Made by a program: the position numbers and the translations under genes. DNA of 64,000 nucleotides, taken from the NCBI GenBank assembly GCA_024655885.1, contig JANLFN010000003.1, positions 158,792-222,791 of the forward strand. Direction: 5' to 3'. The notes beneath the pieces are model-generated. The model was given only the letters and a program-made list of their open reading frames with translations, ran no database searches and was not told where the DNA came from. The DNA is from Eubacteriales bacterium. GTDB taxonomy: Bacteria > Bacillota > Clostridia > Acetivibrionales > JANLFN01. This document shows positions 17,401 to 24,866 of the stretch, one piece after another (the stretch's first letter is position 1; each line of letters opens with the position of its first letter).

Positions 17401-17844
17401 CACTGCCCCCTCCATTTTAAATGTCCACCGCACCTGCCCCTCGGGGGATATGGAGTACAGATACCCGTCCCCTGAACCGATGTAGCTGTTGCCCTCCCTG
17501 TCGAAGACCGGCCTCTTTCCCCCGGTTTCGCTATAGGCTCCGGGCTGGTTCAAATCGACCTTCCACCGCATGATGCCGTCAGGGGCTATGCAGTAGAGGT
17601 AGCCGTCCTCCTGGGCGATGTAGGCGTTGCCCCCACCATCCACCGAAGGGCATTCGTCGTCCCTGATTCTGGTATTGGCAGGGCTGACTCCCCTATCGTT
17701 TTCAAAGGTATCCCTGTTCCAGTCCAGCGCTGCCGCTCCGCCGGCTTCTGCGGCCAGGGCGGGCACGGGAAGCTGCGCCGCCAGCAGCAGGGCCGCCAGC
17801 AGGCCTGCCAATAAAGGATAAAGCCTTTTCTGATTCTTTCTCAT
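14500..17844 (-). CDS. Secreted 1114-aa protein: PQQ-like beta-propeller, two Big_2 domains, a terpene-cyclase-like toroid, a further Big_2 and a C-terminal beta domain.
   Basis: AGGAGG SD and a signal peptide ending PALA|AE. Propeller blades GYLYCIAPDGIMRWKV, GYLYSISPEGQVRWTF, LYLHAVDTSGKALWKV. Big_2 pattern LEWKSDNPEVASVSEVGLVTARKAGSASITVSS. Toroid repeats ADGNGWAY and QQEDGRFGSWG. Confidence 0.8.
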   Translation of the reverse strand: MRKNQKRLYPLLAGLLAALLLAAQLPVPALAAEAGGAAALDWNRDTFENDRGVSPANTRIRDDECPSVDGGGNAYIAQEDGYLYCIAPDGIMRWKVDLNQPGAYSETGGKRPVFDREGNSYIGSGDGYLYSISPEGQVRWTFKMEGAVAPGTSPALSPDGQTVYVATRNLYLHAVDTSGKALWKVRLNGAYSCSTPAVAPDGTIYVGSSSIVNAVDPSSKSLKWYKQLPENRYIYMYTSSAYPYTTRESRMAVGQDGTLYVSVGKTVNGSRGFYDNLLAMGPDGQVKWIKDENRSWYDPAVFGDRLYCVTSDQVLHVLDAATGEETESVAPEEEVLLNVLNRRLPGIPMVDSDGTVLVTMGDSIYALSPDGSFVKKSGDTGYFLSGVSCYGPSGELYSVGHKLAGSVDTAVKATLLKFTDTSYAPEASVLRLEDGQAAMLPGGSFTPSLDITDADGRRVYRADLEWKSDNPEVASVSEVGLVTARKAGSASITVSSRENPGVADSLSVSVLPGTTGLSLTVSAPSTKLLTGSTLSVKAEITAIDGLPLRGEALEWGSTLPAVAAVDGNGTVTGVKEGSAEIKVRLQRFPDISGKLVLTVGLPEVKKLSVDEINQAIDRTLSWFRKQGVPGDWAAFALNAIGEDINKEPYVDNGETYIDRLKKNAANLGTLMTDYERTAIAVVSAGYDPETVLADRAIDLMENILNYSGMGQGINAAVFGLIGVDAANAEIPAGSRHTREEFIQYILDNRTADGNGWAYGGGTPDPDMTAMALYALAPYRERADVKAAGEKAIAWLSKNQQEDGRFGSWGTINSESCSQVIMGITAWGIDPQGPQFTKSRGNAVTGWLSFQTSSGVFMHMTTEDPGMASDQALEAMAALKQFYSKGVSTIFYKIKYAGAGSTEDITSLEVYPGDLVLEAGQSFGLRAKDQKGFFVPDDKVAWKVSNPATASVIIDEESKAARLKALEPGEVVVTASLKDKAEIFGQGRVAVAGKDFDIAKADSGAGGQGKDLGVSATNTSGAQKSAVFIVIVYSRDTGKVVHISYVDRDFLPGEAGKVNGFYRIPEADRDKYGIKVLVWDQLERPRPLSEAILEKQQSSGDSGSSGRAAAPDGAQ

Positions 17845-17858
17845 CGATTGTTCCTCCT

Positions 17859-20800
17859 CTACTCACCGCTTAAGGCTTGCTCAAATCTCGCGTACTCGCT
17901 CCCCGTATCCCCGTCCGCGGCGGTCACGACCACACGGTCCGCTCCGGAGGAGGGAAGCCTGATGCCCACCGAAACCTCCCGCTCACCGCCGGCCTTGAGC
18001 AGCAGCTCGGTGGCGGTAATCGCAGGCGCGTCCTGCAGCCCTGTGCTTACCGATACCGTCACGCGTTTGTCCCCGTCCAGGGTGTTCCTGACCTTGAAGC
18101 GGAGCTCCGTCAGCTTCCCGGCCTTCAGGCTGCCGCTGCCGGGGCTCAACTGTATGCCGTCCCCGTAATACGCCTTTTCGACTATGGCCATAAGTCCCAT
18201 TTCGCCGCAGGTGCCGTAGAGCACCCCATCCCCGTCCAGGGTAAGGCTCATGGGGGGCAGGAGGGAATAGCCGTCCTTGACCTGGACAGTCCTCTGCACC
18301 TTTCCCGTAGAGCCGTCCACCGCCCAGATAAAATAGCCGGTGAAGTACACCGTTCCGTTTTTTCCGGGAACAGGGGTATAGTCCACGTCCTTGAAGTAGG
18401 GCTTCTGAAGGCTGCCGCCGATGCCGCCGCCGTCCAGAACACCGCTGGATTTCAAGCTGCCGTCCGCGTCAAACACGTAGAAATAGGACCAACCGTCCTT
18501 GTCATCCTTGGGAGGTACATAGGCGTATACCCTTCCGTCGCTGCCGCAGCTCACCTTCACGTCGCCCTGGATATCCGGGCGGCTCCAGCTGGTCGAGCCG
18601 TCGGGCTTCAGGCATGCCAGGCCGTATTTTCCGTCCTTCAGCTTCTGCACCACGGCCTCTCCGGCGGGGGTGGTGCTTTTAAGCTCCACGCTCTCGCCCT
18701 CCTGGGCGGTATAGAGGGCTGTCTTCTGCCTGTCCGCGCCCACCCCGTACAGGGCTTTGCCGTCCGACGCATAGAGCAGGCCCTTTTCGGGCATCCAGGA
18801 GCCGATGGCGCTTCCCAGGTCCAGGGGGGTATCCCAGAGGGCCTTGCCGTCCAGACCGATCCTGTAGAGCCTGCCCTTTTCACTCAGGGCATAGACCGAA
18901 TCGGCCCCTGCCTGCAGCGTTTTAATTCCGTCGGTCCCGCCGCTGAACCTCCATTTCACGGTGCCGCTTGCCGGGTCCACCGCAACAACCGTGGTATTGG
19001 ACGTGGAATAGACGTAGACGCTCCCGTCCTTCCCCACCACCGGCTTTCCGAGGGAGATGCCGTAGAGGCTGCCCACATCGGCCTCCCAGAGCTGCTTTCC
19101 ACTCTTTTTGTCCAGAGCGCGCAGGGTGTTGCTGTTTATATAGAAGATCCGGCTGGAGTCCATGGCGTGCCATGCCCACTTCGCCCAGTAGACCCCGTCC
19201 AGGGGCACCGACCAGAGGGTGGACCAGTCTGCGGGGAGCACCTCCACCCGGATGGTGCAGGAAATGTCCGGATAGTTTCCAAGCTGCGCCTTCAGCGTGG
19301 TGCTGCCCGCACGCCTGCCGGTGAGGCTGGCGTCGTAGCGGACGTCCGAGCCGCTCAGGCCCTGGTAGTTCAGCATATCTGCAAGACCGGAGTCTCCCAG
19401 CGTCCAGGTGATGGGCTGCTGCTGCACCAGGCCTCCGTACTGGTCGTAAACGAAGGCGCACACCGAAGGCAGGGCCTCGCCCACGTGTCCCGATATTTCA
19501 TCAACCCTGTAGCCGCCGGCCTCCGCATCATTTCTAAGATTCATAAAACCGCTTTTTTCCTCGATGAGGTACATGCCCACCGGCACAGGGATATTTTTCA
19601 CCTCTACCAAAATTACCGCGGGGGTGATCTCGGGATGGCCCGCCACGCTCACCGCAACCGTGGCTGTTCCCGTATTGTTTGAAGAGGCGGTGAGCAGCCC
19701 ATCCGACACAGTTACAATTCCAGTGTCGCTGCTCTTCCACACAAGCTGTTCCGCAGTCAGCACGACGCCGTTTGCGTCCAGCACCCATCCATATACCCTC
19801 TCCGACTGGCCATTATAGAGCGTGAGGCTGGCGCGGTCAAGCTTTATGCCGACAGGCCCGGAGGATTCACTTTTGTTGTAAAGGCGGGCCGCTTCCACTC
19901 CCAATGTCCTGGAACCACTGCACCAAAAGCGGTACAGCAGGCCGCCGTCCCGGGAGAGTGTGAAGTTGCTGTAGCTAAAATAGGACAGGTTGCCGTAGTA
20001 ATCCTTGTAATAGGCCACTGGATTCCCCTGGCTGTCAATAATGATGTCGTTGGTATATATTGTGCCGTCCGGGGACTGGACAGCCCAGCTTGGCATTGCT
20101 TTCAGGTATTTTCGGCCATCGGCGAAGGAACCGTCACTTCCCTTTAATGCAGCGTACATATAGTCGGAAGAAGAGGTCTCCCTCAAATAGAAATAAACAT
20201 TTCCCTCCCCATCGATTAGAGGTTTTTGCCCCAAGGTCCACACATTATTCAGATACCCCACCTGCCATTTGATTTCCGGTGAGCTGCCCTGAGTGGGAGG
20301 GGTCAACGCATAAATTTTGGAAGAATTAGCGCTGGTAGCTTTTGAAAAGATGAATACCGTCCCATCTTCTCCCACGGCGGCCTGGCATTGGAGGGGTCTG
20401 GTGTCCGGCGTGGAGAACTTCCACAGGAGCCTTCCGGTAGCGCCGTCTACCGCCCTCAGCGTATCCGCCGCCACTACATATGCGGTACCCGAGTTATCCA
20501 CCGTAAAAGCGGCAAAACCCTTTGAACCTCCTGAATTGAGCAGGGCTTTTCCCTCGGATTGCAATGTCCAGCAAATACCGTCGTTCTCCTGCTTCAGGGC
20601 GTATACATTGCCGTTACTGCAGCCCACGATCACGGTTCCGTCGGGAGTGACAGAGGCAGGGGTGGCCATATCTGAAGGGAGCTGCCTCTGCCAGAGCACC
20701 GTTCCCGTATCCTTGTCAAGAGCCAGGAACATATTCCCCTGTCCCGTCAGGATCATTTCTTCCCCTCCGATTTCAGCCGCTGTCGGCTGCACGGTGACGG

Positions 20801-22184
20801 CCGGATTGGCAAACCCCGTTTTGGGACGTACGCCGGCGGAGCCGTCAGAGGGCTCAAGGGCATACAGCCTTGGGGTGCTCTCCTGCAACCCGGGATACTG
20901 CATCTTGTAATAGACCGAGCCGTCAGAGGTATTGACAGGGAAATCATAGGTTCCCGTTGAGGCGGAATTCTGTATGGGGATATTGTAATACCAGACGGAG
21001 GCCAGGGTCCAGTCGTATTTTTCCCTGATGTTTATGGTTCCGCTGCTCGACAGGTTGGAATAATAGTTTCCCGTTTTTACCTGCACCTTCACCTGCACAC
21101 TTCCCACGCCGGAGCCTGTAATTGAGGCGGTACCGTCGCCGTTATCAGTGAGTGAGGCTATATTCTGCGGGTTGCTGGTGAGGTTCCATACCAGCGGGAT
21201 ACCCGAAATTGTGCTGCCGTTGGAGTCGGTTGCCGAAGCAGACAGTCGGAAGGGCGTCCCCTTATCTATATTGGCAGGGATGACCGCAGTGATTGCTTTG
21301 GGCACCAGGCCCGTGTCAAACTGCCAGGGCCGCGGCAGACCATCGCTGCCGTCCAGGTATGCGCTTGTAAAATCCCTGCTGGTTTCGGTGCCGTCGGCGC
21401 TCTTTATTGCGCCCGCTCCGATTTTCAGCGCGTACAGCCGGTTCGTATCCAGACAGCCGTCGATGTTCACATTTACTTTACAGGGGTTTGCCGGGTCAAC
21501 CGTCAGCAAGCTGCCGCTGTAAACCGATTGATTTGACCCCAGGGAATTGTTGAGTGTAGGCGAGTTGTTCTTGTTGCAGTACAATATGGAATTGATTCCC
21601 TGCACCACCATCACCGGCTTGTTGAAGGTCAGGCTGAATGCCATGCCTGAGAGGTCGGAAATCCGGCTGCCCGATTTCGGGCTCTCGCCCACAAGCGTTA
21701 GGGGAACGGAATCCCCTGTTACCGTCACCGTACAAATTTTCTCATTGTTGCTTTCCTCGGATTCGTCTATCAAATTTTTCCCATCCGCATACGCTTTCAG
21801 GGTGTATATCCCTGGGGAATACGGAGTCCAGCCGAACAGAACCTCTTCCGTCTCCCCGGCGGACAGTTCCACTGTCTGCTCCGGCGCACTATAGACTACC
21901 ACCTCCTGGCTGTCGTATACAGCAAGTTCGACACTCACCGACTGCATGCCCGCAGCCCCGTCATTATACACCGAGGCTGTCACGGACAAGGGCAGTCCCG
22001 TCTCTGTGGTGTCCGCCGCTGTTATGGATTTTAATTCTATATCCGGCTTTGGGACCAACCCGTCCGCCCGTGCTTCCCCCAAATTCCCGGGTACGGGCAA
22101 GAGCCCTGCCAGCATAACCGCGGTGAGGAGAAAGCACAAGAGCCTTTTTGTCCATATTTTGCACCCTCCAGATTTTATATTCAT
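17859..22184 (-). CDS. Secreted ~1441-aa protein with CARDB-like end domains, Ig-like/Big_2 domains and several PQQ-like beta-propellers.
   Basis: The start is placed at ATG 22184 (signal peptide MNIKSGGCKIWTKRLLCFLLTAVMLAGLLPVPG); the ORF track start is 22238. Propeller blades MFLALDKDTGTVLWQRQL, DTLRAVDGATGRLLWKF, NTLRALDKKSGKQLWEA, TVVAVDPASGTVKWRF. Big_2 pattern LVWKSSDTGIVTVSDGLLTASSNNTGTATVAVS. Confidence 0.8.
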   Translation of the reverse strand: MNIKSGGCKIWTKRLLCFLLTAVMLAGLLPVPGNLGEARADGLVPKPDIELKSITAADTTETGLPLSVTASVYNDGAAGMQSVSVELAVYDSQEVVVYSAPEQTVELSAGETEEVLFGWTPYSPGIYTLKAYADGKNLIDESEESNNEKICTVTVTGDSVPLTLVGESPKSGSRISDLSGMAFSLTFNKPVMVVQGINSILYCNKNNSPTLNNSLGSNQSVYSGSLLTVDPANPCKVNVNIDGCLDTNRLYALKIGAGAIKSADGTETSRDFTSAYLDGSDGLPRPWQFDTGLVPKAITAVIPANIDKGTPFRLSASATDSNGSTISGIPLVWNLTSNPQNIASLTDNGDGTASITGSGVGSVQVKVQVKTGNYYSNLSSSGTINIREKYDWTLASVWYYNIPIQNSASTGTYDFPVNTSDGSVYYKMQYPGLQESTPRLYALEPSDGSAGVRPKTGFANPAVTVQPTAAEIGGEEMILTGQGNMFLALDKDTGTVLWQRQLPSDMATPASVTPDGTVIVGCSNGNVYALKQENDGICWTLQSEGKALLNSGGSKGFAAFTVDNSGTAYVVAADTLRAVDGATGRLLWKFSTPDTRPLQCQAAVGEDGTVFIFSKATSANSSKIYALTPPTQGSSPEIKWQVGYLNNVWTLGQKPLIDGEGNVYFYLRETSSSDYMYAALKGSDGSFADGRKYLKAMPSWAVQSPDGTIYTNDIIIDSQGNPVAYYKDYYGNLSYFSYSNFTLSRDGGLLYRFWCSGSRTLGVEAARLYNKSESSGPVGIKLDRASLTLYNGQSERVYGWVLDANGVVLTAEQLVWKSSDTGIVTVSDGLLTASSNNTGTATVAVSVAGHPEITPAVILVEVKNIPVPVGMYLIEEKSGFMNLRNDAEAGGYRVDEISGHVGEALPSVCAFVYDQYGGLVQQQPITWTLGDSGLADMLNYQGLSGSDVRYDASLTGRRAGSTTLKAQLGNYPDISCTIRVEVLPADWSTLWSVPLDGVYWAKWAWHAMDSSRIFYINSNTLRALDKKSGKQLWEADVGSLYGISLGKPVVGKDGSVYVYSTSNTTVVAVDPASGTVKWRFSGGTDGIKTLQAGADSVYALSEKGRLYRIGLDGKALWDTPLDLGSAIGSWMPEKGLLYASDGKALYGVGADRQKTALYTAQEGESVELKSTTPAGEAVVQKLKDGKYGLACLKPDGSTSWSRPDIQGDVKVSCGSDGRVYAYVPPKDDKDGWSYFYVFDADGSLKSSGVLDGGGIGGSLQKPYFKDVDYTPVPGKNGTVYFTGYFIWAVDGSTGKVQRTVQVKDGYSLLPPMSLTLDGDGVLYGTCGEMGLMAIVEKAYYGDGIQLSPGSGSLKAGKLTELRFKVRNTLDGDKRVTVSVSTGLQDAPAITATELLLKAGGEREVSVGIRLPSSGADRVVVTAADGDTGSEYARFEQALSGE

Positions 22185-22256
22185 TTCCCTTATTTCCCTC
22201 CTCTTATAGATTGTATATAAAATTTTAATAGTTTCCATACGCCTTTACAGCCAAAG

Positions 22257-22282
22257 GGCAGGAGCGCATTTGCGCCCCTGCC
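22257..22282 (-). terminator. Intra-operon hairpin (possible attenuator) between the 283-aa and the ~1441-aa genes.
   Basis: 11-bp stem GGCAGGGGCGC-aaat-GCGCTCCTGCC on the minus strand, followed only by CTTTGG (weak U-tract). Confidence 0.3.
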
Positions 22283-22360
22283 GGGAAGCCTCTCCGGAAG
22301 GCCTTATTGCATTTGACCCATATTGCTTAATTCATAAGGCTTATTTCAGGACCTGATGTC

Positions 22361-23212
22361 TTAATAGACCCAGTTCACCGATTCGCCGCCGGCCAGCTTA
22401 TAGATAGAAGCTGATTGGGCCGGAGGAGTTCCGCCTCCTATATTGTATTCCCAGCTCCAGCTGTCGCCGTCGATAGTGACCACATAGGTGCCCTGGTAAT
22501 CAACAGTCACATTGTTTTGTACCCAGTCCCAGTTCCAGTTCGGGTCTGTAATGTCGGAAGTGCCATGACCGCCGTTGTGCAGCTCAAGGGCATAGAGCAG
22601 TGCATGCAAAGCGGTCGGAGTCTTTTTCAGCACATCGCCGTCATCAAATCCGGAGCCGAAAACATCGTCTTTCAGGCTGAAGAGAGGGACATCGACACCC
22701 GTTAATGTGAAGTTTGTATCGGGATTACCCAGTGCATCGCCGGTGCCGTCTATCGATACGTTTACATTGTCCACGGAATCAGTCACAGTCGTCCCCTCTA
22801 CCACCACATTGATGGGGATAGTCACATCCGTGTCAATTTCATTGTCATAGTTGATGTAAATGGTAGCTTCTCCCTCTGTACTGCCGGTTGTGATGGTTGC
22901 CGTATCCGAGTAGCCGGCCGGGTTGACGGTGGCCACACTGGGATTGCTGCTGGTCCAGTGGATGTATTGATATTCATCCGAGTCAAAGCTAAATGTGTTC
23001 ATATAGGTGTTGTCCGAATAAGCGAAGACGGTAATCGGATCAAGAACGGTGTTTTGATCTGCAACAATGGTCCAGTCGTTGCCGTTCACTCCCAGGTCAT
23101 AAGCGCTTCTCGGCGGTGTGGTTGCAAACGCCGTTGTGCTGAACATGCTGAGCATCATAGCCAGGGCCATGGTGAAGCCCAGTACTCTTTTGGTTATAGT
23201 TGCTTTTTTCAT
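22361..23212 (-). CDS. Secreted 283-aa protein: Big_2-like N-domain plus a DUF4430-like C-domain.
   Basis: AAGGAGGG SD and a signal peptide ending AFA|TT. IHWTSSNPSVATVNPAGYSDTATITTGSTEGEATI (Big_2-like). The C-terminus TALHALLYALE...VVTIDGDSWSWEYNIGGG...YKLAGGESVNWVY follows the DUF4430 pattern. Confidence 0.75.
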   Translation of the reverse strand: MKKATITKRVLGFTMALAMMLSMFSTTAFATTPPRSAYDLGVNGNDWTIVADQNTVLDPITVFAYSDNTYMNTFSFDSDEYQYIHWTSSNPSVATVNPAGYSDTATITTGSTEGEATIYINYDNEIDTDVTIPINVVVEGTTVTDSVDNVNVSIDGTGDALGNPDTNFTLTGVDVPLFSLKDDVFGSGFDDGDVLKKTPTALHALLYALELHNGGHGTSDITDPNWNWDWVQNNVTVDYQGTYVVTIDGDSWSWEYNIGGGTPPAQSASIYKLAGGESVNWVY

Positions 23213-23617
23213 AACCTTTTCCCTCCTTTTTTTGATCTTTGAACATTCTGGCGGCTTGCAGCGCTCCTATTCCACAGCTCTAATCCACGCGCTGCAAACC
23301 TGCTTTCCTCATGTGGCGCTCCGGGAAATAAAAGAATCTTCGATTCTAAATCCCCGGGCACAAGGCCCGAGGTACTAAAGCGGTAGATTCTTTTGAAACT
23401 TTGTACGGCATTCATCCTGACCCACAAGGGGTCAGGTTTTCTGCCGTAGCCGTTATAAATCCCGCTGCGGAGCGCCGGTCTTCCGGAGTGCTTCCCCCTG
23501 CCCCGGAGGGCAGGCTATACCATAATTCCGGCCCCTTAGGGCGGAAATGAATGGTCCGCGTGTTGCCTTCGGCCTGCTCCGCGGTCTGCGCCGCAGGCCG
23601 GCTTGGAGCATACAAAG

Positions 23618-23785
23618 CTACAGCTCGATGGTCTTGGTCACCTCCTCCACCCGGACGGGCTCCCCGTCCTGGATGAATATTTTCAGCTCCACCTGCTGGG
23701 AACGGCGTATGATCTCCAGCAGCTTCCTCTCCTTTTTGCTCAGCTCCATTTTTATCAGCTCCAGCTTCTCCTCTTCCTCACTCAA
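23618..23785 (-). CDS. YezD-like (DUF2292-type) small protein, 55 aa, first cistron after riboswitch RS5.
   Basis: TTG 23785 has AAGGAGG 8 nt upstream. The C-terminus ERKLLEIIRRSQQVELKIFIQDGEPVRVEEVTKTIEL parallels the ORF at 40284. The longer track ORF (to 23914) would add an Arg/Ala/Gly-rich extension without a usable SD. Confidence 0.55.
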   Translation of the reverse strand: MSEEEEKLELIKMELSKKERKLLEIIRRSQQVELKIFIQDGEPVRVEEVTKTIEL

Positions 23786-24028
23786 TAAAATCTCCTCCTT
23801 TGTTCCTGCCGGTTGTTTGGCAGCTGCCTCCCGGCGGCCGGTGCTGAGGGCCGGATGCTGGCTTCGGGACGTTAGCCCTGCTTGTCCGGCTTTGCTTCCC
23901 AGCCTCCGCCTCATCCTTCAACTCACGGCTCTCCACTTTCCTCTCCTCACTTTCAACTCTCCTCTCTCAACTTTAGTTTTCAGCTCCCGGCTCTCAGCCC
24001 TCAGCTCCCCACTCCTTTCCCGTAGCGT

Positions 24029-24345
24029 AAAAAAGCCCTGGCTTCCGTTAAAGGCCGGGGCTTGCAGCACGAGACACTCTCATCCGGGTCCCGGGTGTTC
24101 ATCCCGCCCGACCCGGAGCTCACATACCGCCTTTCCACGGAAGGCTTGCGAACGCCTGCCAGGGCAGGTCTCCTGACTTGCGGCTCATGACGGCTTTTCA
24201 CCTTCCCGGAATACTCCAGTGGCTTCCCGAAAAACCATTCCCCGCTTACAGTGGCCGGACCGTCCGGGATTTTCACCCGGTTCCCGTTTAAATCCAACCC
24301 TGGTGCTGCGAAAATTCCAGCGGCGTTGCGGCAAAGCGCGCCCCT
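24029..24345 (-). promoter_or_regulatory. Cobalamin riboswitch RS5 (divergent paralogue) with terminator (24029-24061).
   Basis: The minus strand reads GGGAACCGGGTGAAAATCCCGGACGGTCCGGCCACTGTAA...GCCACTG...GGGAAGG...AGTCAGGAGACCTGCC (B12 box 24163-24178). It is followed by GCCCCGGC-N10-GCCAGGGC plus TTTTTT. Confidence 0.9.
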
Positions 24346-24432
24346 CCTTTTCAACAGCCTGCCCATGTCGGATGACCCTGACAATAGTTAGATATTCAGT
24401 TTTTAGACCTGCCCCTTTTCCCCTAATTCGAC

Positions 24433-24487
24433 AAAAAAAGCACCACCCATTTAAGGGCAGTGCTTCCGTTGTTCGGTCAGCGCCGTT
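24433..24487 (-). terminator. B-type module B1: conserved 33-nt box plus a 10-bp hairpin plus U7.
   Basis: Minus strand AACGGCGCTGACCGAACAACGGAAGCACTGCCC-ttaaat-GGGTGGTGCT-TTTTTTT. The first 33 nt (AACGGCGCTGACCGAACAACGGAAGCACTGCCC) are identical to B2. It lies ~90 nt upstream of the RS5 aptamer. Confidence 0.7.
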
Positions 24488-24569
24488 TTTATGAGGGAAG
24501 ATTGTAAAGCGGTTGCCCCATCACAGAATTTAAGTCTGGAACGGCTGCGCAACTATTTCTCCGCTGTAC

Positions 24570-24599
24570 TTTTAACACAACGTAAACTGGTTATGTCAA
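24570..24599 (-). promoter_or_regulatory. Candidate promoter (TTGACA-18-TTAAAA) upstream of B1 and RS5.
   Basis: Minus strand TTGACA = 24594-24599 and TTAAAA = 24570-24575. A transcript from here would meet B1 after ~130 nt and then RS5. Confidence 0.35.
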
Positions 24600-24840
24600 A
24601 AAGTACCGCTTTGCTCCTTACTTCATCCTCATCTGAAATTTTTCAAATTCGGTTTCACTCATTATCTTTTCTTTGGTGATTTTGCAATATATGGGGGGTC
24701 AGGAGAGCATGTCCGCTTTTCTTATTTCCTATATTTTACCTCATAAGTTAGAAAATATCAAGAGATAAAAATAAAATTATTTTTTCAATAATTAGAATTT
24801 TGCTGCATATGTTAACGTAATAAAAACACCGGAAAGGATC

Positions 24841-24866
24841 AAAACCCCTCTCCTTTTTTAGAGGGG
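24841..24866 (-). terminator. Hairpin terminator overlapping the stop codon of the TIM-barrel gene.
   Basis: Minus strand CCCCTCT-aaaaaagg-AGAGGGG followed by TTTT. Confidence 0.5.

Noticed and set aside
23991-24004. 14-nt identity GCTGAGGGCTGAGA between the RS5 leader (minus strand) and the recD2 upstream region (44884-44897).
   Set aside because: Among roughly 10^10 possible 14-mer pairs on both strands of a 64-kb window, tens of chance 14-nt matches are expected. This is not evidence of a shared element.
24001-24384. 127-aa minus-strand ORF (and other short ORFs at 5328-5582, 11148-11381 and 42132-42392).
   Set aside because: They coincide with cobalamin riboswitch aptamers or terminators. 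The sequence conservation there is explained by RNA structure.
24433-24487. Attempt to read the B-box as an ANTAR-type dual-hexaloop antiterminator target.
   Set aside because: I could not fold the box into two short stems with A..G hexaloops. The idea of a protein- or RNA-controlled attenuator is kept only as a generic hypothesis.
24491-24679. 62-aa plus-strand ORF in the AT-rich spacer.
   Set aside because: It has no SD and no recognisable features, and sits in a region better explained as the promoter/leader of the RS5 operon.
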